DNA of 59,110 nt. Origin: a virus (lineage: Duplodnaviria > Caudoviricetes). The notes beneath the pieces were generated by a model. It worked only from the letters and a program-made list of their open reading frames with translations, ran no database searches and had not been told where the DNA came from. Shown here piece after piece: positions 9,400 through 17,865 of the stretch. Position numbers and translations under genes: made by a program. Each line of letters begins with the position of its first letter. Position 1 is the first letter of the stretch. The DNA lies in the IMG/VR virus record IMGVR_UViG_3300027600_000049, positions 1-59,110 of that record; one strand, written 5' to 3'.

Positions 9400-9579
9400 C
9401 TATTGGTTTTGGGTTTCTGATAGTCGGGCTTCGGTTCGTCCCTGCTCAATCAGGCGGCGGGCTTCGATCTTAAAATCGATGTGTTCTGATTCGATCATGT
9501 GGCGCAGGGTCTGGGCTGGGGTCTTTCCTTTTTCAAAGGAAAACCCAGCGTTAATGTATTCTGCTGGGGTGTAGTTCAT
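9400..9579 (-). CDS. hypothetical protein (59 aa)
   Basis: Translated by hand; AAAGGCACCCC RBS; ATGA-coupled. Confidence 0.6.
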   Translation of the reverse strand: MNYTPAEYINAGFSFEKGKTPAQTLRHMIESEHIDFKIEARRLIEQGRTEARLSETQNQ

Positions 9580-9827
9580 GGGGTGCCTTTGATCTGGTTA
9601 ATGAGTTTTCTGGCGTGGGCGTGGGTCGGGTGGTTGTGGTGGGCGATATGAAGGGTCAGCAAATCATGGGCGACTGCTAATAACTCAGCGGCTTGTTTTT
9701 CTAGTCGTTCCGCATCGCTTTCGAATTGGTGCATTGAGTGGACAGAATGCCGGAGAAAATTTTTAGATTCTTCTCTGTTTATTTTTGCCAGTGCCAAAAG
9801 GCTAGCGGCTTGGGCTTGGGGTGTCAT
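9576..9827 (-). CDS. hypothetical protein
   Basis: ORF track; start MTPQAQ. Confidence 0.6.
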   Translation of the reverse strand: MTPQAQAASLLALAKINREESKNFLRHSVHSMHQFESDAERLEKQAAELLAVAHDLLTLHIAHHNHPTHAHARKLINQIKGTP

Positions 9828-9838
9828 GGGTCTACCTT

Positions 9839-10129
9839 TCAAAATAGAGGGCGGGTGGTGTCGGCTGCTGGGGCTGCGGGCGAGTGTTGCAGGGTGTAGG
9901 CTGCGGCTTCCTCGGGCTGGTGGTGATCGGCATCGGCTCGGGGCTCAAAATCCCCTGTTGTGCCGTTCCAATAGTGCGTTTTGTGCGGTTCCACTTTGAA
10001 GTGATGCGCTACCTGCAAAACCTCGGCGGCGGTTCGTTTGTAGTCGCAAAGGGGGGATTCTCTGAAAATCAGGCACCAGCCATGGGGTGAGTGGGACAGA
10101 TAGCATTGGGGGGTGTCGGTGGGTTTCAT
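9839..10129 (-). CDS. hypothetical protein (ends TRPLF)
   Basis: ORF track; ATGA-coupled. Confidence 0.6.
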   Translation of the reverse strand: MKPTDTPQCYLSHSPHGWCLIFRESPLCDYKRTAAEVLQVAHHFKVEPHKTHYWNGTTGDFEPRADADHHQPEEAAAYTLQHSPAAPAADTTRPLF

Positions 10130-10293
10130 TGGCTTTGCTTCCATTCATTGCAGGGTCTGCGGCTCATGTAATAGGTCGCAGAGGGGTCGGCTATGCGGTA
10201 TTCGATTAGCATGGCTCGGGCTTCCTTGATTGTGTCGAATTGATCGACTGTTTCAAGCTGGCGGCTGCTGTCTCGGCGTTGGATATAAATCAT
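10126..10293 (-). CDS. hypothetical protein (LETVDQFDTIKEARAMLIEY motif)
   Basis: 55 aa, translated by hand; ATGA-coupled on both sides. Confidence 0.7.
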   Translation of the reverse strand: MIYIQRRDSSRQLETVDQFDTIKEARAMLIEYRIADPSATYYMSRRPCNEWKQSQ

Positions 10294-10745
10294 GCGGGCA
10301 CCTGTTCAAGCGTGGCGGCGGCTTCCGTCATGGCTGCTGCCTGGGCTGCAAGGCGGGCGGCTCGGGTCTTTAATTCGGCTCGGTAATGTTTCCAGGTGTC
10401 GGTGTCGTAGTGCTTTGAATAGTATTTTTCAGCGGCTGCGCTGGTGCTGGTGCATTCGTCAAAGCTGGGGCGAAATACGGCGCACCCGAATAAATCAAAA
10501 ATGACAACCCGAAAACCTCGGCGGCTTTTGTCGTGTTCGGTTGCTACACTTTCGACAATCTTAAAAAATAGTCCGTCATCGGTGGGGCGGGCTGAAATAA
10601 TCCTAGAACCGAAAAAGCGGAGGGTGTCATCGTTCACATAATGGGTGCGTCCGTTTAGGTTCTGCTGTGCGTTGCGTTTTGGGTCGCTGGATTTGTGTCC
10701 AAATAATTCGACATTGGCGGCGGTGCTGATAGTCTTGGGGCTCAT
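10290..10745 (-). CDS. hypothetical phage early protein
   Basis: ORF track; TLRFFGSRI motif; RBS present. Confidence 0.75.
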   Translation of the reverse strand: MSPKTISTAANVELFGHKSSDPKRNAQQNLNGRTHYVNDDTLRFFGSRIISARPTDDGLFFKIVESVATEHDKSRRGFRVVIFDLFGCAVFRPSFDECTSTSAAAEKYYSKHYDTDTWKHYRAELKTRAARLAAQAAAMTEAAATLEQVPA

Positions 10746-10747
10746 GG

Positions 10748-11071
10748 TTATCCTTTGATGATGTTGGCGGCTTTGAATGCTGCCGTCCAGTATTTGGCGG
10801 CTCGGGGTGCATTGCGGTGGGAATAGTGCAAGCTGTAGATGGTTTCTTCCCCTGTTTGGTAGTCGGGCTCACTTTCCCCTGATAACCACTCATCGGGGCT
10901 GCCAGAGGCGGGCGAACAACTAGCGGCGGTGAAACCTTCCATTCGTATCAGGCGCAACAGTTCGCGGAAAGTGTAGGGTTCATCTTCGAAAATAAAACCC
11001 TGCTCTTCTGCCTCTCCGTTTTCTATGCTTTCGGGCGTGTAGGTTTCGAATGTTTTGGATATGAGAATCAT
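10748..11071 (-). CDS. hypothetical acidic protein (TPESIENGEAEEQG)
   Basis: ORF track. Confidence 0.7.
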   Translation of the reverse strand: MILISKTFETYTPESIENGEAEEQGFIFEDEPYTFRELLRLIRMEGFTAASCSPASGSPDEWLSGESEPDYQTGEETIYSLHYSHRNAPRAAKYWTAAFKAANIIKG

Positions 11072-11334
11072 TCTGTTGTCCCTTCAAAGCGTGGCAAGCG
11101 GCGGACAAAGCTATCACTATTGGTGAATTTTTCGGTAATGTTTACAGTCCATCCCTGCCCCTTGGCTGCGTCCAGGTATAACCCTGCATCGCAGTCTTCT
11201 TCTAAAAATGCACGGCTGCCGGAGTGGTAGCTATAGCGGCTCGGGGTAATGTGCAAAGCGTCCAGGTCGGCGAAATCAACCTCTAACCAGCCGTGGCTGG
11301 GGTCGGCGTGAAATATTAATTTTTTGGTGCTCAT
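11068..11334 (-). CDS. hypothetical protein (DPSHGWLEV...LEEDCD family)
   Basis: Motif recalled from phage and plasmid early regions. Confidence 0.75.
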   Translation of the reverse strand: MSTKKLIFHADPSHGWLEVDFADLDALHITPSRYSYHSGSRAFLEEDCDAGLYLDAAKGQGWTVNITEKFTNSDSFVRRLPRFEGTTE

Positions 11335-11738
11335 GGTGTTCCTTTGAGTTGTTTAAGCTTGCGGAGTTGTTGACCGATCCCTAAACCTGCAAGCGGGCGG
11401 CTAAGGGTGGGGAATAGGTGGGCGATGGGGTCGGCGTAATGCTTACCCGCTAGGATGGTTGCGGGCTCAGCGTCCAGGCGTGCGGCTTTGATCTGTTCGC
11501 AAACCATTTGCCCCCAGGTTTTACGCTGGGCGGGTTTCATGCTGGCGAGATATTCATCATAGGGGTCGGTGATTGTGTTGGGGTGAATAAGTCCGTGCTT
11601 TGCGGAGAGAATCCAAAAGGCGCAGCCTTGCAGCCTTGCTATTTCTCGGGCGGCTTTGAATGCTTGCCCCTGGTACAAATCAGCGGCTGGGGCAGCGTGG
11701 GGCAGTTTGGTCATGCTGCAAGCTATAAAGTAATTCAT
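11331..11738 (-). CDS. DUF6884-like protein
   Basis: IACS..K...A.DLY.G...ILSAKHGL...PYD...LAG..Y...GLGIGQQ. Confidence 0.75.
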   Translation of the reverse strand: MNYFIACSMTKLPHAAPAADLYQGQAFKAAREIARLQGCAFWILSAKHGLIHPNTITDPYDEYLASMKPAQRKTWGQMVCEQIKAARLDAEPATILAGKHYADPIAHLFPTLSRPLAGLGIGQQLRKLKQLKGTP

Positions 11739-11911
11739 GCGAACAAATCCGTTTGGGTGGTTTCTTCTGTGGGCGGTGCTTGGTTGCGCTCGTGGGCGAT
11801 TAGCAGCAAGCGGCGTTTTAACTGTGCGGGTGTTAATTCACGGCTCGGGTGCTGTTCCGATTCGGCTAGTTCTTTATATGCTTGTTTTAGTAGTGCGGCT
11901 GTGTTCGTCAT
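11735..11911 (-). CDS. small protein ending in QTDLFA
   Basis: 58 aa, translated by hand; RBS; ATGA-coupled. Confidence 0.6.
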   Translation of the reverse strand: MTNTAALLKQAYKELAESEQHPSRELTPAQLKRRLLLIAHERNQAPPTEETTQTDLFA

Positions 11912-11921
11912 GGTTTGCCCT

Positions 11922-12044
11922 TTAAATTAATTCGGCGTGGGCGTGGATGCCTTGGCTGCGGAGGTGGTAAACCATCGCAATAGCTTCAGCGTATGGCATG
12001 GGCTCGGATGGTTTGCGATAGCTTGCAATTACTCTATACATCAT
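11922..12044 (-). CDS. small hypothetical protein (40 aa), first gene of the leftward cluster
   Basis: AAAGGA RBS; translated by hand. Confidence 0.5.
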   Translation of the reverse strand: MMYRVIASYRKPSEPMPYAEAIAMVYHLRSQGIHAHAELI

Positions 12045-12108
12045 GGCGTTGTCCTTTCGTTTGTTGCTGCCTGTTATATTCACTCACTACCTCACAGGTA
12101 GAACGCTG

Positions 12109-12131
12109 ATTGTCAATGGGGTGTTGACAAT
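12109..12131. promoter_or_regulatory. inverted repeat ATTGTCAA-N7-TTGACAAT (back-to-back TTGACA)
   Basis: Lies in the divergent intergenic region; matching -10 elements are weak. Confidence 0.5.
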
Positions 12132-12170
12132 GCGTCCAATGATATGTTTTTATCGGTTTAGCGGGGGTGA

Positions 12171-12199
12171 TTGATTTTCCCTATCTGTTCCCATATACT
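12171..12199 (+). promoter_or_regulatory. sigma70-like promoter upstream of terS
   Basis: TTGATT-N17-TATACT. Confidence 0.6.
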
Positions 12200-12232
12200 G
12201 CGGGCATCTAAACAAAGCGAAGCGGAGCAGCC

Positions 12233-12958
12233 GTGCATAAGTTATCCAGGAAAGCTATCAATGAAGGATTAGACCAAGTACCAATGGCTGAGATACTTGG
12301 TGTAAGCGTTTCCAAGGGATTAACACACAAGCAAAAGACATTCGCTAAAGAGCTTGCCAGGGGAACCACGAAGGCGGAAGCATATCGCAGGACATATAGC
12401 AGCACAGCTAAACCCAAGACTGCCGGAGACGCAGGTTATAGGCTCTCAACCGATCCCCGAATATCTCAGGAAGTAGATGCCTATAAGTTAGCGTTAGAGG
12501 CTGCGAAACATAGAACACCAGAAGCTTTGCGACAGTTAGTTATCAAAACCTTGGTTGATGTAGCTATATCCCCTGACACAAAAGACAGCGTTAAGGTTCA
12601 AGCGGTTAAGGTGCTCGGCACTGTGGTCGAGGTCGGTGCCTTCCTGGAGAGGCGTGAGGTTATCAATACCAATAGCAGCACTCAGGCAAAGGCTCAGCTA
12701 CTAGAACAACTCAGGGCAATAATGAAGGGCAACGCAGTGGATGCAATAGAGGTAGACGCTGACAGCTTGCTAGCAGAACTGACCCCTGAACCGCTGGAAA
12801 CGCTGCCAGCCGACACCCACCCAGAGCCCACCACCCGAACTGACGAAGCGGAGTCCCAAGTCCTCAAACATACTATTCCACTCAAACGAACTCAAAAATT
12901 TGCCAGTGATAAACAAACCCCCATACAGGAAGACCCCCCCCATGAAAAGTTTGAATAA
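12233..12958 (+). CDS. terS: terminase small subunit
   Basis: LTHKQKTFAKELARG..KAEAYRRTY HTH typical of TerS; lies upstream of terL. Confidence 0.8.
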   Translation: MHKLSRKAINEGLDQVPMAEILGVSVSKGLTHKQKTFAKELARGTTKAEAYRRTYSSTAKPKTAGDAGYRLSTDPRISQEVDAYKLALEAAKHRTPEALRQLVIKTLVDVAISPDTKDSVKVQAVKVLGTVVEVGAFLERREVINTNSSTQAKAQLLEQLRAIMKGNAVDAIEVDADSLLAELTPEPLETLPADTHPEPTTRTDEAESQVLKHTIPLKRTQKFASDKQTPIQEDPPHEKFE

Positions 12959-12995
12959 GGGGGTGGGGGGTACCAAAAAAATTTTTAACAAGCGG

Positions 12996-13271
12996 ATGAT
13001 TCCACGGCCTAGTGATATGACGTATGAGGAGTGTATGGAGATAGAGATGAGTCCTATGCAGAACGAAGTTTTTTTAGTGATTGATGAGTGGTGGAAGAAG
13101 TACCACTATGCACCCACGTTGAGGGATATTGCGTATATACGTGGAAAGATGGGTCTGGCAAATACGAAAAGGTTAGTAGACAGGTTAGTAGACCTTGGTG
13201 TTGTGAAGAAGATAGAGAAGAGAGGTAGGACGGTCAGGCCTGTGTATATTAGGTTCAGGGACTTGGAATGA
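12996..13271 (+). CDS. LexA-like winged-helix DNA-binding protein (no peptidase domain)
   Basis: SPMQNEVFLVIDEWWKKYHYAPTLRDIA...LVDLG...RTVR; start codon uncertain. Confidence 0.75.
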   Translation: MIPRPSDMTYEECMEIEMSPMQNEVFLVIDEWWKKYHYAPTLRDIAYIRGKMGLANTKRLVDRLVDLGVVKKIEKRGRTVRPVYIRFRDLE

Positions 13272-13288
13272 TGCGTTGTAAGAATACT

Positions 13289-13367
13289 GTAAGGTGGAAA
13301 CGTTACCACCTTACGCAAAACTTACGTAAGGATGTTGTAAGGTGGTAACGTTTCCACCGAAACTTAC
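13289..13367. repeat. two 16-bp palindromic sites plus GTAAG/CTTAC repeats
   Basis: GTAAGGTGGAAACGTTACCACCTTAC (13289-13314), CTTACGTAAG (13321-13330), GTGGTAACGTTTCCAC (13342-13357). Confidence 0.9.
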
Positions 13368-13376
13368 AAGGAAGAT

Positions 13377-14867
13377 ATGAAGCTTGAGCAGTTGATTGAT
13401 AAATTGGAGCCGCATGAGTATGAGAAGTTCATGGCTCAGGTGATGGAGTATCGCGGTGCTGTGGAAAGAGAAAAGGCTCAAGATGGGTTTATGAATTATG
13501 TGAAGATGATGTGGCCTGGATTTGTGAGTGGGAGACATCATGCTTTGATGGCTAAGAAATTTGAAGACATTGCCAGCGGGAAAATTAAGCGGGCTATTAT
13601 TAATATGCCGCCTCGGCACACTAAGTCGGAGTTTGCTTCTTATCTACTACCGTCTTGGTTCCTGGGGAAGTTCCCTAATAAGAAGGTCATTCAGTGTTCT
13701 AACACGGCGGATCTAGCTGTTGGCTTTGGCCGTAAGGTTAGAAACCTTGTCGGCTCAGAACAGTATGCAAAAGTGTTTCCGAACGTAGCATTGAGACAAG
13801 ACAGTAAAGCAGCAGGTAGGTGGGCCACCAATGGAGGAGGTGAGTATTTCGCTATTGGCGTTGGGGGAACGGTAACGGGTAAGGGCGCGGATCTATTGAT
13901 TATTGATGATCCGCACTCGGAACAAGAGGCTGCTTTAGCGGCTGGGGATCCGTCTGTTTACGATAAGGTATATGAGTGGTACACCTCTGGCCCTCGGCAA
14001 CGTTTACAACCTGGGGGGTCTATTGTAATAGTGATGACCCGCTGGGGGGATAGAGATCTAACTGGTAGAGTCATTAAGGATGCAGCAGGTAGAGATAAGG
14101 GTGAGGAGTGGGAGATCATTGAGTTGCCTGCTATCATGCCGTCAGGAAAACCTCTGTGGCCTGAGTTCTGGAGTTTTGAAGAGCTGTCTGCTCTAAGGGA
14201 GGAACTTCCGGCTGCTAAGTGGAACGCCCAGTATCAGCAGAACCCAACGGGCGAAGAGGGTGCAATTGTTAAACGGGAATGGTGGAAGAGATGGACAAAA
14301 GAGGATCCACCTGTTTGTCAATTTATTATTCAGAGTTGGGACACGGCGTTTACGAAGAATGAGCGAAGTGACTATTCGGCGTGTACGACTTGGGGTGTGT
14401 TTTATTTGAATGAGAATTCTGACGATGCGAACATTATTTTGCTGGATGCGTTTAAGAAGCGAATGGAGTTTCCTGAGTTGAAGGAAAAGGCCCATCAGAA
14501 TTACACGTACTGGGAGCCAGATGCGTTTGTAATTGAAGCGAAAGCAGCGGGTAGCCCGTTGATATTTGAGTTGAGACAGATGGGGATTGTGGTCAGTGAA
14601 TACACGCCCAGTAGAGGTAACGACAAGTTTGTGCGGATCAATTCAGTTGCTGATTTATTTAGTTCGGGTAAAGTGTGGGCACCTGAGACAAGATGGGCTG
14701 ACGAATTGATTGAAGAGATGGCGGCGTTTCCAAATGCGCCCAATGATGACTTGGTGGATTCTTCTACTCAAGCATTGATCAGGTTCCGCCAAGGTGGGTT
14801 TTTAAGGCTGGCTTCCGATGAACGGGAAGAGCTTAGAAGCTTTCGCAGAAAACACGCTTACTATTGA
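13377..14867 (+). CDS. terL: terminase large subunit
   Basis: MPPRHTKS Walker A, LLIIDDP Walker B, SWDTA and DDLVDS nuclease motifs. Confidence 0.97.
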   Translation: MKLEQLIDKLEPHEYEKFMAQVMEYRGAVEREKAQDGFMNYVKMMWPGFVSGRHHALMAKKFEDIASGKIKRAIINMPPRHTKSEFASYLLPSWFLGKFPNKKVIQCSNTADLAVGFGRKVRNLVGSEQYAKVFPNVALRQDSKAAGRWATNGGGEYFAIGVGGTVTGKGADLLIIDDPHSEQEAALAAGDPSVYDKVYEWYTSGPRQRLQPGGSIVIVMTRWGDRDLTGRVIKDAAGRDKGEEWEIIELPAIMPSGKPLWPEFWSFEELSALREELPAAKWNAQYQQNPTGEEGAIVKREWWKRWTKEDPPVCQFIIQSWDTAFTKNERSDYSACTTWGVFYLNENSDDANIILLDAFKKRMEFPELKEKAHQNYTYWEPDAFVIEAKAAGSPLIFELRQMGIVVSEYTPSRGNDKFVRINSVADLFSSGKVWAPETRWADELIEEMAAFPNAPNDDLVDSSTQALIRFRQGGFLRLASDEREELRSFRRKHAYY

Positions 14868-14874
14868 GGTTTAA

Positions 14875-17268
14875 ATGGACATTGCAAAATCACTCTATGC
14901 TGCTCCCCAGGGTCTTGAGGCATTAGATATGCCGGACATGGAGATTGAAATTGAAAACCCAGATGCTGTTACCGTAGGTATTGATGGGATTGAAATTTCT
15001 TTGGAGCCCGAACGTGAGGAAAAAGAGGGTGAGGAATTTGACTCTAATCTGGCTGAATTCATGGATGAGGGTGAGCTAGAAAAAGTCGGGGCAGATATTG
15101 TAGATATGGTCGAGGCGGACATTAACTCCCGAAAAGATTGGGTGGAGATGCTTGTCAAGGGCTTGGAAGTTTTGGGCATGAAGTATGAAGAAAGAACAGA
15201 GCCTTGGAATGGGGCTTGTGGTGTTTTCTCTACTATCCTGACCGAAGCGGCTGTAAGGTTCCAGAGTGAAACAATCATTGAAACGTTTCCAGCACAGGGG
15301 CCGGTCAAGACAGAAATTATCGGAGCAATCAGTAAGCTAAAAGAAGATGCTGCCGAGCGCGTGCGCACTGATATGAATTATCAGTTGACTGAGGCGATGC
15401 CTGAGTACCGCCCTGAACATGAAAGAATGTTGTTTAACTTAGGGCTAAGTGGATCGGCTTTTAAGAAAGTCTACTTTGATCCGGCCCTGGGAAGACAGAC
15501 CTCTATATATATACCTGCGGAAGATGTGATCATTCCTTACGGGTCTAGTGGAGCTAGAACGGCTGAGCGTGTGACGCACGTTATGCGCAAGACAAAGAAC
15601 GATATACGCAAATTACAAGCGGCAGGATTCTATAGAGATGTGGATCTAGGGGATCCTGTTGCTATACATACTGACGTAGAGAAAAAGAAAGCCGAGGAGC
15701 AAGGCTACTCTTTGACTGACGATGATCGGTATCAGATTTATGAAGTGCAGATCGATTACGAAATGCCTGGGTATGAAGATGAAGATGAAATCGCATTACC
15801 TTACATTGTGTCGATAGATGCCGGGACGGGTAAGGTTTTGTCGATCTATCGTAACTACGATGAAGAAGACGTAATGCGTTTGAAGCGTCAGCACATGGTT
15901 CAGTATGACTACGTTCCTGGGTTTGGTGCTTATGGATTTGGCTACATACATTTGATTGGCGGATATGCACGGGCTGGTACATCGCTGATTCGTCAGTTGA
16001 TCGATGCTGGTACGTTGAGCAATCTACCCGGCGGATTGAAGTCGCGTGGTTTACGAGTGAAAGGTGACGATACACCGATCTCTCCTGGCGAGTTCAGGGA
16101 TGTAGACGTTCCTAGCGGGTCGATTAAAGATAACATCATGGCTCTTCCTTATAAGGAACCGAGTCAAGTATTGGCTGGTTTGTTAGAGCGCATTACTGAT
16201 GAGGGTCGTAGATTGGGATCTATTGCTGACATGAAGGTCAGTGATATGAGCGCAAATGCTCCTGTGGGTACTACGCTGGCTTTGCTTGAGAGGCAGTTAA
16301 AAACGATGTCTGCTGTGCAGGCCCGTGTGCATTTCTCAATGAAGCAGGAATTCAAAATCCTGAAGAGCATTATCCGTGACTATGCTCCGAAAGAGTATGA
16401 GTACGATCCTGAGAGCGGGAACCGTAAAGCCAAGCAAGAAGACTATGACATGGTGGAAGTAATTCCAGTGTCAGACCCTAACTCTGCAACGATGGCCCAG
16501 CGGATCATGCAGTATCAGGCGATCATTCAGTTGTCGCAGCAGGCTCCACAGATTTATAACTTGCCCCAGTTGCACCGTCAAATGATTGAAGTGCTGGGAG
16601 TGAAGAATGCAGACAAGCTAGTTCCCACTAAGGATGATCAGAAGCCACGAGATCCGATCAGTGAAAACATGGCTTTCTTGAGAGGCGAACCCACCAAGGC
16701 GTTTATCTATCAAGACCAAGATGCTCACATCATGGCGCATCAATCATTTATGCAAGATCCAATGATTGCAGCGACTATTGGTCAGAACCCAATGGCCCAG
16801 CAGATGCAAGCTGCGATCATGGCGCACATAGCAGAACACTTGGCATTCAAATATCGCAAGGATGTTGAAGAACAAGTTGGCGTTCCTCTGCCTAATCCAG
16901 ATGCTGATTTGCCGGAAGATGTTGAAGTGCAGTTGTCCCGTTTGGTGGCTCAAGGCTCACAGCAGCTTATGCAGGCCAACCAAGCCAAGGGTCAGCAGCA
17001 GCAAGCTGAGCAAGCTGCACAAGATCCTTTGATTCAAATTCAACAAGCCGAGTTGGAGATTAAGAAGGCCGATGTGCAACGCAAGACGCAGAAGGATCAG
17101 ATTGATTCACAGATCTCTATGGAGAAGTTGCAGCTTGAGAAGCAGAGAATTGATGGCGACATTGCCAAAGAGATGAAACGTATCCAATCCCAGGAATTGC
17201 AAGCCAAGGCACGCATTGAATCAGACATGGTTATTCGGCAATTGGAGTCAATGAAGGGTAAAGAGTAA
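14875..17268 (+). CDS. portal protein
   Basis: 797 aa directly after terL; GSAFKKVY motif; Q-rich coiled-coil tail. Confidence 0.9.
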   Translation: MDIAKSLYAAPQGLEALDMPDMEIEIENPDAVTVGIDGIEISLEPEREEKEGEEFDSNLAEFMDEGELEKVGADIVDMVEADINSRKDWVEMLVKGLEVLGMKYEERTEPWNGACGVFSTILTEAAVRFQSETIIETFPAQGPVKTEIIGAISKLKEDAAERVRTDMNYQLTEAMPEYRPEHERMLFNLGLSGSAFKKVYFDPALGRQTSIYIPAEDVIIPYGSSGARTAERVTHVMRKTKNDIRKLQAAGFYRDVDLGDPVAIHTDVEKKKAEEQGYSLTDDDRYQIYEVQIDYEMPGYEDEDEIALPYIVSIDAGTGKVLSIYRNYDEEDVMRLKRQHMVQYDYVPGFGAYGFGYIHLIGGYARAGTSLIRQLIDAGTLSNLPGGLKSRGLRVKGDDTPISPGEFRDVDVPSGSIKDNIMALPYKEPSQVLAGLLERITDEGRRLGSIADMKVSDMSANAPVGTTLALLERQLKTMSAVQARVHFSMKQEFKILKSIIRDYAPKEYEYDPESGNRKAKQEDYDMVEVIPVSDPNSATMAQRIMQYQAIIQLSQQAPQIYNLPQLHRQMIEVLGVKNADKLVPTKDDQKPRDPISENMAFLRGEPTKAFIYQDQDAHIMAHQSFMQDPMIAATIGQNPMAQQMQAAIMAHIAEHLAFKYRKDVEEQVGVPLPNPDADLPEDVEVQLSRLVAQGSQQLMQANQAKGQQQQAEQAAQDPLIQIQQAELEIKKADVQRKTQKDQIDSQISMEKLQLEKQRIDGDIAKEMKRIQSQELQAKARIESDMVIRQLESMKGKE

Positions 17269-17465
17269 TGGATGTAAAACTGGCAGATGTTTTGAACAAG
17301 AAGATTCAAGAACACATAAATCAACATCTAGGAGTGCTGAGTGATGGCGTAGCTAAAGACTACGCTCATTACAAAGAGCTGTGCGGAGCAATCCGAGGTC
17401 TGCAAACCGCACAGATGGAAATCAATGACCTTGTGCGGAAACTAAAGGATGATGATGATGACTGA
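17268..17465 (+). CDS. small head-region protein
   Basis: ORF track; G...DY..Y...G.I.GL motif between portal and GroES. Confidence 0.75.
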   Translation: MDVKLADVLNKKIQEHINQHLGVLSDGVAKDYAHYKELCGAIRGLQTAQMEINDLVRKLKDDDDD

Positions 17466-17856
17466 GTTTGATGTTCAAGCCGTAGATTTGTCGGGCATTT
17501 TGAATGCTTCGGCGGATGAAAAGGCGAAACAGGTGCCAGATCCAGCTACATACCACTTGTTATGTGTCCTACCTGACATTGATGATGAGTATGAAAGCGG
17601 TTTGGTGAAGGCAAACACGACCATGCACTTTGAAGAGTTACTGTCACCAGTGCTTTTTGTCGTGAAAATGGGGCCAGATGCCTTCAAAGACGATAAAAGG
17701 TTCCCTTCTGGGCCTTCCTGCAAGGTGGGAGACTTTGTGTTGGTTAGACCCAACACTGGTACTCGCATCAAAATCCACGGAAAAGAGTTCCGAATCATCA
17801 ATGATGACTCTGTTGAGGCCGTTGTGCAAGATCCCCGTGGCGTAACACGGGTGTAA
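17449..17856 (+). CDS. groES: GroES-like co-chaperonin
   Basis: VVKMGPDAF...CKVGDFVL...G.R....G.EFRIINDDSVEAVV. Confidence 0.85.
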   Translation: MMMMTEFDVQAVDLSGILNASADEKAKQVPDPATYHLLCVLPDIDDEYESGLVKANTTMHFEELLSPVLFVVKMGPDAFKDDKRFPSGPSCKVGDFVLVRPNTGTRIKIHGKEFRIINDDSVEAVVQDPRGVTRV

Positions 17857-17865
17857 GGAGCAAAA

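Noticed and set aside
13289-13367. Mini-CRISPR array
   Set aside because: Only two short inverted copies; the other copies are dispersed; no regular repeat-spacer period and no cas operon
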